NCBI GenBank assembly: GCA_035528655.1
Contig: DATKYG010000017.1
Location: 60,367-124,366, forward strand
Reading direction: 5' to 3'
Source: Methyloceanibacter sp.
GTDB lineage: Bacteria > Pseudomonadota > Alphaproteobacteria > Rhizobiales > Methyloligellaceae
DNA: 64,000 nt
Shown here piece after piece: positions 53,349 to 64,000 of this stretch. Position numbers and translations under genes: made by a program. The notes under the pieces are model-generated. The model saw nothing but the letters and a program-made list of their open reading frames with translations, was not told the origin of the DNA and searched no databases. Numbering within the stretch: position 1 is the first letter of the stretch; each line of letters opens with the position of its first letter.

Positions 53349-54482
53349 ATGGGCGAAGCTTTACTGACACACAAGTTGGAAGGCGAACGGCTCGAACTGG
53401 CCGCGAGTGGCTCGTGGACGGCCACCCACGCCGGCGAGCTTGAGACGCAGATCGACCGGATCACCGGCGAAGCGCCGAACGCCAAGGACGTGTCCATCGA
53501 CATGGCCGGGGTGCGCGAGTTCGACACTTTCGGGGCTTGGCTCCTGGAGCGCCTCACGCGGCAATGGGCGGCGTCGGGCCGCGAGGCGGTCGTCGTCGGC
53601 CTGCCCAAGCACGATCTCGGCCTGCTCGAGGAGATGCACGGCGTCAACCGCGAGCCGCCGGCCAAAGCCAAGCACGAGAACCCGATCGTCTCAGCGATTG
53701 CCGCGTTCGGCCGTGGCGGCGCCGATTTCGGCCGCAACCTGATTGTCTTCGCCGAGATGCTAGGCGCCGTCGGCTTGGCACTCGGGCGCGTCCTGATCCG
53801 GCCGCGCGAATACCGCCTCACCTCTACTGTGCATCAATTCGACCGGGTCGCCTGGCAGGCGGTGCCCATCATCGTTCTCATCACCTTCCTGATCGGCGGG
53901 ATCATCTCGCAGCAGGGCATCTTCCATTTCCGCAAATTCGGCGCCGAGCTCTACTCCGTCGATTTGGTCGCCATTCTCGTGCTGCGCGAAATCGGCGTGC
54001 TCATCGTGGCCATCATGGTCGCCGGCCGCTCGGGCAGTTCCTATACCGCCGAGATCGGCTCCATGAAGATGCGGGAGGAGATCGACGCCCTGCGCACCAT
54101 GGGCTTCGATCCCGTCGAGGTGCTGATCCTGCCGCGCATTCTGGTGCTGATTGTCGCTTTGCCCGTGCTGACCTTCTTGGGCAGCATGGCGGCACTCTAT
54201 GGCGGCGCGCTTGTCGCCTGGCTTTACGGCGGCATGAGTCTCGACATCTATATGGCGCGCCTGACCGACGCCATCTCGATCACCCATTTCAAGGTCGGCA
54301 TGATCAAGGCCCCCTTCATGGGGCTCATCATCGGCATCGTCGCTTGCGCCGAGGGCTTGCGCGTCAAGGGCAGCGCCGAATCTCTCGGCATCCAGACCAC
54401 GAACTCCGTGGTCGAATCGATCTTTCTGGTCATCGTGCTCGACGGGTTGTTCGCCATCTTCTTCGCCTCGATCGGAATGTGA
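53349..54482 (+). CDS. mlaE: MlaE-family ABC permease with N-terminal STAS-like domain
   Basis: REIG, AGRSGSSYTAEIGSMKMREEIDAL. Confidence 0.92.
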   Translation: MGEALLTHKLEGERLELAASGSWTATHAGELETQIDRITGEAPNAKDVSIDMAGVREFDTFGAWLLERLTRQWAASGREAVVVGLPKHDLGLLEEMHGVNREPPAKAKHENPIVSAIAAFGRGGADFGRNLIVFAEMLGAVGLALGRVLIRPREYRLTSTVHQFDRVAWQAVPIIVLITFLIGGIISQQGIFHFRKFGAELYSVDLVAILVLREIGVLIVAIMVAGRSGSSYTAEIGSMKMREEIDALRTMGFDPVEVLILPRILVLIVALPVLTFLGSMAALYGGALVAWLYGGMSLDIYMARLTDAISITHFKVGMIKAPFMGLIIGIVACAEGLRVKGSAESLGIQTTNSVVESIFLVIVLDGLFAIFFASIGM

Positions 54483-54489
54483 GCCCTCG

Positions 54490-55269
54490 ATGACGAAGAA
54501 AAACACCGTCATCAAGGTGCGCGATCTCGTGGTCGGCTTTGGCGATGACAACGTGCTCGATCACCTCGATCTCGATGTCAGGGCCGCCGAGATTCTTGGC
54601 GTCGTCGGCGCCTCGGGCGCCGGCAAGTCGGTCCTGCTGCGCACCATCATCGGGCTGCTGCCGCGGCGTCACGGCGCCATCGAGGTGCTCGGCGTCGACC
54701 TGGCCCACGCCAACGAAGCGGAACGGCGCGCGCTCGAACGCCGCTGGGGCGTGCTGTTTCAGCAAGGCGCGCTGTTCTCCTCGCTCACCGTCCGCCAGAA
54801 CGTGCAATTCCCCATGCGCGAAAATCTCGACATCTCGCAAAGGCTTATGGACGAGATGGCGCTCGCCAAGCTGGAGATGGTCGGGCTTTCGCCGCAGGAC
54901 ATGGACAAATTCCCGTCCGAACTGTCGGGCGGCATGACCAAGCGCGTGGCGCTCGCCCGCGCGCTCGCGCTCGATCCGGAGATCGTGTTTCTCGACGAGC
55001 CGACATCCGGGCTCGACCCAATTTCGGCCGGCGATTTCGACGAATTGATCCGCACACTGCAACAGACACTGGAGATCACCGTGTTCATGGTGACCCACGA
55101 TTTGGAGAGCCTCTACACCGCTTGCGACCGCATTGCCGTCCTGGCCGACGGCAAGGTTGTGGCTGATGGGCCCATTGCCACGATGCTTGAATCCGAGCAC
55201 CCTTGGGTGAAGACCTATTTCCAGGGCAAGCGCGGCGGCATGTTGGCAGAACGCCAGATTGGCGCCTAA
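54490..55269 (+). CDS. mlaF: MlaF-family ABC ATPase
   Basis: GASGAGKS, LSGGM, LDEPTSGLDP, VTHD. Confidence 0.93.
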   Translation: MTKKNTVIKVRDLVVGFGDDNVLDHLDLDVRAAEILGVVGASGAGKSVLLRTIIGLLPRRHGAIEVLGVDLAHANEAERRALERRWGVLFQQGALFSSLTVRQNVQFPMRENLDISQRLMDEMALAKLEMVGLSPQDMDKFPSELSGGMTKRVALARALALDPEIVFLDEPTSGLDPISAGDFDELIRTLQQTLEITVFMVTHDLESLYTACDRIAVLADGKVVADGPIATMLESEHPWVKTYFQGKRGGMLAERQIGA

Positions 55270-55289
55270 ACCCTGAGGGACGAGACGAG

Positions 55290-56486
55290 ATGGAAACCCG
55301 TGCCCGCTATGCTTTGATCGGACTGTTCATGCTCGCCGTGCTCCTGGCGAGCTTCGGCTTCGTCTATTGGCTGGAAAACAAAGGCGGCTTCGGCGAGCGC
55401 GAGACCTATCGCGTACAGTTCGAAAGCTCCGTGTCAGGCCTGCTCGTCGGCTCGGCCGTACTGTTCAACGGCATCCGCGTCGGCGACGTGACGGGCATCG
55501 CGCTCAACCCGGAAGCGCCGCAGCAGGTGATCGCCACGATCGGCGTCACCAAGAACACGCCGATCCGCGAGGACACGCGGGTCAATGTGGAGCAGCAGGG
55601 CCTCACCGGCGGCGTGGCCGTAACGCTGACTGGCGGCACATCCACGACCCCAATTGAGTCGAACGGCGGCGCACCGACTCTTGTCGCGCCGCCCGGTGTC
55701 GGCCAGGACTGGACGCAGTCGGCACGCGATGCTTTTCAGCAGGTCGAGACAATCCTCAATCAAAACGCCACGCCCCTGAACGAGGCGATCAACAATATCG
55801 AGGTCTTCACCGACGCGCTGGCGCGCAACGCCGACAAGGTCGACGGCATCTTGGCCGGCATCGAAAAGATGACTGGCGGCGGCAAGGACAATAGCCCGCT
55901 CTATTCGCTCAAAGCCGCGACCGACCTGCCGCCCCCGCCCGAACAGGCGCCGAAGTGGCAGCTCCTCATCTCCGAGCCGACCACGCTGCTTGCCTTCAAC
56001 ACCGACAAGATCCTGACGCAGCCGGCGCCGGACGAGAGTCTGCCGCTGGACAACGCGCGCTGGAGCGATAGCCTGCCCATTCTCGCCCAGGCGCAGTTGG
56101 CGCAAACCTTCGAGAACGCGGGCTACGCGCAGTCCGTGACCCGCACGCCCGGGGACTTCGTCAGCAACTATCAGCTCCAGATCGACATTCGGCAGTTCCA
56201 CGTCGTCACGACGGGCGAGCCCACGGCCCGGATCGTCTTCCTGGCCAAGATTCTCAACCCAAATGGCGAGATTGTCGGCACGCATCAGTTCGAGGCCTCG
56301 GCGCCGGCGGCGGGAAGCGACGCGCGGGCCTATGTTGATGCGCTCAGCAAGGCCTTCGACAAGATCGAAGTGGATATCTTGGACTGGACCACGGCGCAGA
56401 TCGATGCGGTGCCCGTAGCCCCTGTCACCGTCGAGCCGCCGGCGATGCCGGAAGATATGCCTGGCGATATGCCGCCCGCGCCGTAA
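55290..56486 (+). CDS. MCE/MlaD protein fused to an ABC auxiliary (PqiC-like) domain
   Basis: TM, SGLLVGSAVLFNGIRVG MCE signature; C-terminal ARWSDSLP...QTFEN...LQIDIRQF. Confidence 0.85.
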   Translation: METRARYALIGLFMLAVLLASFGFVYWLENKGGFGERETYRVQFESSVSGLLVGSAVLFNGIRVGDVTGIALNPEAPQQVIATIGVTKNTPIREDTRVNVEQQGLTGGVAVTLTGGTSTTPIESNGGAPTLVAPPGVGQDWTQSARDAFQQVETILNQNATPLNEAINNIEVFTDALARNADKVDGILAGIEKMTGGGKDNSPLYSLKAATDLPPPPEQAPKWQLLISEPTTLLAFNTDKILTQPAPDESLPLDNARWSDSLPILAQAQLAQTFENAGYAQSVTRTPGDFVSNYQLQIDIRQFHVVTTGEPTARIVFLAKILNPNGEIVGTHQFEASAPAAGSDARAYVDALSKAFDKIEVDILDWTTAQIDAVPVAPVTVEPPAMPEDMPGDMPPAP

Positions 56487-56501
56487 GGCACCAGCCGCTC
56501 A

Positions 56502-56515
56502 TTGATCTGGCTCAA
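56502..56515. promoter_or_regulatory. FNR/FixK-like box upstream of the nitroreductase operon
   Basis: TTGATCTGGCTCAA, one mismatch. Confidence 0.6.
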
Positions 56516-56602
56516 CGACTAAGCGCCCCTGGCGCGGGATCGTCATGGCCCGCCTCGCCCACAGTTCAAGGGCTTGGCGCAAACCTGCCCGGGACGTCGG
56601 CC

Positions 56603-56644
56603 GTGGACCTGCTGGGATGGACTTGCTGGAATGGACTTGCTGGA
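56603..56644 (+). repeat. 3 x 14-bp tandem repeat spanning the nitroreductase start codon
   Basis: GTGGACCTGCTGGG ATGGACTTGCTGGA ATGGACTTGCTGGA. Confidence 0.9.
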
Positions 56645-57206
56645 AGCCATCGACGGACGCAGATCCGTACGCGAATACACCGACGAGACGGTCGACGATA
56701 CGGTTGTCCGTGCGCTGATTGCCGCCGCGATAAAGGCGCCGAGCGCCATCAACCAGCAGCCCTGGGCCTTCATCGTGGTCAGGGAGGCCGCGACCCTGAC
56801 GCGCATATCCGATCAGGCCAAGGCCCACTTCCTCAAAGCCTCTTTGGGCGCACCGGCGCATCCGTTCCGCGACATGCTCAACGATCCGAAGTTTCACATC
56901 TTCTATCATGCGCCGGTCCTGGTTGTGATCGCCGCCGCCGAGCCGACCGACTGGGCCATCGAGGATTGCGCGCTGGCTGCGGAAAATCTGATGCTGACCG
57001 CCTATGCCAAAGGTCTCGGCACCTGCTGGATCGGCTTTGCCCAGCAATGGCTTGCCACGGCAGACGGCAAGGCCGCGCTCGGCCTACCGGCTTCGTTCTC
57101 GCCCATCGCCCCGATCGTCGTCGGGCATCCGCGCCGGCAGCCACCGCCGGTGCCCCGCAAACCCGCCAATATCCGTTGGATTGAGTCTGATCCGACACGG
57201 ACGTGA
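56631..57206 (+). CDS. Nitroreductase-family protein
   Basis: RRSVREY, APSAINQQPW, GLGTCWIG. Confidence 0.93.
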   Translation: MDLLEAIDGRRSVREYTDETVDDTVVRALIAAAIKAPSAINQQPWAFIVVREAATLTRISDQAKAHFLKASLGAPAHPFRDMLNDPKFHIFYHAPVLVVIAAAEPTDWAIEDCALAAENLMLTAYAKGLGTCWIGFAQQWLATADGKAALGLPASFSPIAPIVVGHPRRQPPPVPRKPANIRWIESDPTRT

Positions 57207-57268
57207 CTGGGCGGACCGTCTGTCCCATGATCGCCGCCTGAACGCGCGCACCCGCGCCGGAACCGCTT

Positions 57269-59954
<2,686 letters not shown>

Positions 59955-59962
<8 letters not shown>

Positions 59963-60938
59963 AACCCACGATACGGCCGCCAGCGAGATCGCATCGACCC
60001 TGGCGGTTGGTAATGTACCCATGCTCGCCGGAACGCTCACGGCCGCCGAGGCCAGAACACAACTCTCCGGCGCGACTTACGACGCAGTCGATGCCGTTCT
60101 TGTTCTCACTACGGACGGCCGCTACGGGGGCGCGGCTCACTTGAAGGACGTGCTTGCGGCTCCCGGCACCGCGCCGCTGGCGTCTCTGGTCATCAAGGAC
60201 TGGCCGGTGGTGCGGCCCGAGGTCGATCAGGAGCACGCCGCCACGCTTGCCCACGATTATCAGGTGAGCGCGATCCCCGTCGTCGCCGAGGACGGCCGGC
60301 CGCTCGGCCTTATCCCCGCGCGGACATTGCTCGATGTCCTGGCCCAGGAGCACCACGAGGACGTCCATCGCCTCGCGGGCATCCTCAAGATGGGCGCGAA
60401 GGACCGCCATGCGCTCGACGATCCACCGCTGACCCGCGCCGGACGCCGCCTGCCCTGGCTTCTCGTCGGGCTGGCTCTGAGCACGGGGGTGACCGTCTTG
60501 ATGGCGGGCTTCGAGCAGGCGTTGAAAGCCAACATCGTCATCGCCTTCTTCATCCCCGCGCTGGTCTATCTCGCCGACGCCGTGGGCACCCAGACCGAGG
60601 CCGTGGTCGTCCGCGGGCTGTCGCTGGAAATGCGGCCGCTCGCCCCCCTGCTCCTCGGCGAGTTCGCCACAGGCGCCCTGATCGGATTGCCGCTCGCAGC
60701 GATCGCCTTTTTCGGCATTTGGTTTGCTTATGGGGATGTGAATCTGGCGGGCGGCGTCAGCGTTTCTCTCTTCGCCGCGAGCAGCATCGCCTGCGTGCTC
60801 GGCCTGCTGCTGCCCTGGCTGCTGGCGCGCATCGGCCTCGATCCGGCCTTCGGCTCAGGCCCGGTGGCCACCATCCTGCAAGACCTGCTGACGATCGCCG
60901 TCTATTTCGTGGTCATGGGCCAGGTGATCGGCCTCTAG
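59955..60938 (+). CDS. MgtE-family magnesium transporter (CBS pair + TM)
   Basis: RRLPWL, AFFIP, DPAFGSGP..T..QD; overlaps the ATPase stop. Confidence 0.88.
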
Positions 60939-61354
60939 AGGCGGTTGAGCTCGTAATCTTCCAGCGAATAGCCGAGCTGGGACAGCCCCTCTTCCAGATA
61001 GTCGCCGACCAGCGGCGTGCCGAGCAGATAGCGGGGGATGTGATTCGCGCTCACATCCACAGCCTCTTGGCGGGCCTGCGCGAAGGAGCCGAAATCGCCC
61101 CGGCCGAGCCAGGTGAGCGCCAGCAGATCGAGCTGCTCGTCCACGTTGAGGTCGGCGAGCGCGCCTTGCAGTTCCTGCGCGACCGGATTGTCGGCCTGCT
61201 CTTCCAACACGTCCACGGAGCGATCGTCGGTGGGATTCGACCCCGAATCCGGGTCCGTCGGCGTGACCTGCTCGTCGAACTCGCGCGCCTTGACGATGAT
61301 GAAGAACGCCTTCTCCGGCGAAATCGTCAACTCGTCTGAGACATCATCAACCAT
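60935..61354 (-). CDS. DUF3775-family protein
   Basis: IIVKAREFD, LALTWLGRG, YLLGTPL..DYLEEGL. Confidence 0.9.
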   Translation of the reverse strand: MVDDVSDELTISPEKAFFIIVKAREFDEQVTPTDPDSGSNPTDDRSVDVLEEQADNPVAQELQGALADLNVDEQLDLLALTWLGRGDFGSFAQARQEAVDVSANHIPRYLLGTPLVGDYLEEGLSQLGYSLEDYELNRL

Positions 61355-61411
61355 GGATCAAACCTTCTCCTTTGCGCGCTGATAGTAACGGGCGCAGAAG
61401 CCGCGACCACC

Positions 61412-61425
61412 TTGACGTGGCTCAA
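61412..61425. promoter_or_regulatory. FNR/FixK-like box upstream of the DUF3775 gene
   Basis: TTGACGTGGCTCAA (TTGA-N6-TCAA). Confidence 0.45.
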
Positions 61426-61443
61426 GAGTCAGGGGCGCTTCCT

Positions 61444-62469
61444 TTACGCCGCTTGCTTCTCGATATCCGCGTTCCATTGGCCGCGCGTCGCCAGGCCGTT
61501 CATCACGGCGCGGTGGGTGAATGCGGCTTGCGCCGCCGCCACATTCGCCGTCTTGCCCGACCACGCCACTTGGGGCGCATGCTGCAAGGCCCGCCCATAG
61601 GAGAAGCTGAGGTTCCACGGGAACCCGCCAATTTTATTCATGGCGTCGAGCCGCGCCGTGGCCTCGACATCCGCCTGGCCACCCGACAGGAAGGCGATGC
61701 CCGGCACGGCGGACGGCACGCAGTCCTTGAGCACGCGGATCGTCGTCTCGGCGATCTCCTGGTCGGAGACCTGGGTGGCGCATTTCGCCCCCGGCAAGAT
61801 CATGTTGGGCTTGAGCACCATGCCCTCGAGCTTGACCTTCGCGTAATAGAGTTCCTGGAACACGGTCTTCAGCGTCCACATGGTGACGGCCTCGCAGCGC
61901 TCGATCGTGTGGTCGCCGTCCATGAGCACTTCGGGCTCGACGATCGGCACCAGATCCTGCTCCTGGCACAGCGCGGCGTAGCGGGCGAGCGCATGGGCGT
62001 TGGCATTGATGGCGTCGTGGCTCGGGATGCCGGCGCCGATATCGATCACCGCCCGCCATTTGCAGAAGCGTGCACCTAGCTCGCGATATTCGGTCAGCCT
62101 CTCGCGTAGGCCGTCCAGCCCCTCGGTGATGGTCTCGCCGGGACAGAAGGCAAGCCGCTTGGCGCCCTTGTCCACCTTGATGCCGGGAATGGCGCCGGCA
62201 TGCTCGATCACCTTCACCAGCGGCGTGCCGTCCGCGGCCTTCTGCCGGATGGTCTCGTCGAACAGGATCACGCCGGAGATATGATCGTGCATGGCCTTGG
62301 TCGTACGGAACAGTAGCTCGCGATAATCCCGCCGGTTGTCCTCGGTGGAGTCGACGCCGATGGCATCGAAGCGCTTCTTGATCGTGCCGCCGGACTCATC
62401 GGCGGCGAGAAGGCCCTTACCCGGCGCGACCATGGCGGTTGCAACTCTGTTCAGCTCAGCGAGGTCCAT
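61444..62469 (-). CDS. Class I fructose-bisphosphate aldolase (eukaryote-type family)
   Basis: KGLLAADES, GIKVDKG, KWRAV, PIVEPE, LKPNM, SFSYGRALQ. Confidence 0.96.
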   Translation of the reverse strand: MDLAELNRVATAMVAPGKGLLAADESGGTIKKRFDAIGVDSTEDNRRDYRELLFRTTKAMHDHISGVILFDETIRQKAADGTPLVKVIEHAGAIPGIKVDKGAKRLAFCPGETITEGLDGLRERLTEYRELGARFCKWRAVIDIGAGIPSHDAINANAHALARYAALCQEQDLVPIVEPEVLMDGDHTIERCEAVTMWTLKTVFQELYYAKVKLEGMVLKPNMILPGAKCATQVSDQEIAETTIRVLKDCVPSAVPGIAFLSGGQADVEATARLDAMNKIGGFPWNLSFSYGRALQHAPQVAWSGKTANVAAAQAAFTHRAVMNGLATRGQWNADIEKQAA

Positions 62470-62607
62470 AAATGTCTCTCCCTCTAAATCCTGTTCTGCG
62501 ATTGCTGGTTTTCCGGCCCTTATAAGCCAGGATCGCGCCCCTTTGCAGCCCCCATGCGGGCTTCCTCAGGGTTTTTCGCCCGTGTGGCGCTTATCCCTTG
62601 GACTCGC

Positions 62608-63815
62608 TCAGTTTCCCATCCGCGGCGGAACCTTCTCCCAGGCATAGCCCTCTTGGGCTAGCCGGAAGCCGAGGTCGTAGAGCTTCGTCATATAGACGGG
62701 GTCGAAGGACTGGGTGCTGGTGTCGTGGAAATCTGCGGGGATGTAGGCGAGGTTGTAGTCGATCTGGTTCCGCTTGGCGAAAAGATAGAGTTCGTACAGA
62801 TCGCCAACGCCCTGGCTCTTGATCAGGCTCGACACCGCGCGGCCGGCAATGGACAGGGTCCGCGCCTTGACCACTTTGTATTCCGGCGCCACGTGGCCGT
62901 TGCGAATGATGTAGGCGCGTCGGATGGGATTGAAACCCAATTTACGATCCGCCTTGCTGGCCATGAACTGTGTCGGCACGAGGAACAATTCGCGTGTCGC
63001 CCCGCCATCCACGTGCATTTCCTCATAGGTGGAGCCGTTGGCGGCGATCTTGATGAAGCCGGGCGGAAACACCGCTGGGATCGCGGCCGACGCCAGCAGC
63101 ACTGTGCGGAACAGGTCCAACGCTTGCGGGCTGCCGCTCGTGGCGATGCGCCCCATGTCCCAGATCACCGGCCGCTCCGCGTCGAGATTCGTGGTGCCGA
63201 TCTGCAGACGGCGACCCTTACGATGCTCGGTGGCGACTTCCTCGAGAAACGCCTCATCGACGTAGTGGGCCACGATCTTGGCCAAGGGTGCGTTGCTTGA
63301 AAGTGCATCCCCACCAAGTAGCCCCCTGATCGGCCGGGCGATGGCGATATCCTTGGTGTCGGATTGGGTAAACACATGCTTCAGGGCCGCGTCGTATTTC
63401 GGGCCCAAGAAAGCAAAGGGCGCGGTGAGCGCGCCGGTCGAGACGCCGGTCACGAGTTCGAACTCGGGCCGCTTGCCGGAGGCAGTCCACCCGCCGAGCA
63501 GCCCGGCCCCGAAGGCGCCGTCACTGCCGCCACCGGAAAGGGCAAGAAAATTGACGACGGGGCGCCGTCCCCTGGCCACGAGATGGGGACGCTCCGCGCG
63601 GATTTGCGTCCACTTCTCTTTGACCACGGCTTCGGCGTTGGGCGGAAGCTGATCTCCCCAGAAGTGGACGGGCTCCGGCCCCATACCGACCACGGAGGCC
63701 TGCGTTTCCAAACCAGCGGCACCGGGTTGCGCGCGATCGCAGCCGCGCAGCTCGCCAGCACCACGGCCAGCGCGATGCCAACACCGGCCCGCAACACCCA
63801 ACGCCACCTCGACAC
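62608..63815 (-). pseudogene. Patatin-like phospholipase lipoprotein, frameshifted after the signal peptide
   Basis: Lipobox LASC in the 63815 frame; SGGG, GVSTG, DGG in the 62608 frame; 1-nt shift near 63717. Confidence 0.8.
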
Positions 63816-64000
63816 GCCATCCCCCTTTCCCCGCGCGACCGCACGAGGAATTCCCTTTCAGGCCAGCAACCTAGCGCAAATGACAGGTCTGTGGCGAGCC
63901 CAGAGAATCACCCCCCTTGGGGGAATAGGGGGGGCGCCGTGGCCGCAGGCCCCAATCCGGGCCCCGAAACGGGCCGTAGCAACCATCATAACCCCCCTCG

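Noticed and set aside
63850-64000. G/C-run hairpins and a short minus-strand ORF at the window end
   Set aside because: Truncated context and no supporting features

Overview
GC-rich alphaproteobacterial chromosome segment; gene content and order point to Hyphomicrobiales (possibly Methyloceanibacter-like, by inference). It is mostly housekeeping: methionine salvage (mtnA, apt, mtnP), petABC, hemF, cspA, usg/groESL with CIRCE, cca, a MoxR-DUF58-BatA/DUF4159 operon, wrbA, otsBA-treS-glgX-malQ, amtB-glnK, an Mla/MCE transporter, nitroreductase-P-type ATPase-MgtE, class I aldolase and patatin. The least ordinary part is 33.2-35.2 kb. It holds a ~540-nt non-coding, densely base-paired element with a closing stem, GNRA loops and a possible pseudoknot, abutting a frameshifted RAYT transposase with GTAG-type REPs, then an orphan autotransporter tail and another frameshifted gene. 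Other points of interest are an AsnB / TauD-type dioxygenase / desaturase mini-cluster with a diverged asnB remnant, a 23-aa Arg-Arg-Arg leader peptide upstream of a GNAT gene, an MCE-PqiC-type fusion and several pseudogenes. All calls come from manual reading; no searches or folding computations were run.
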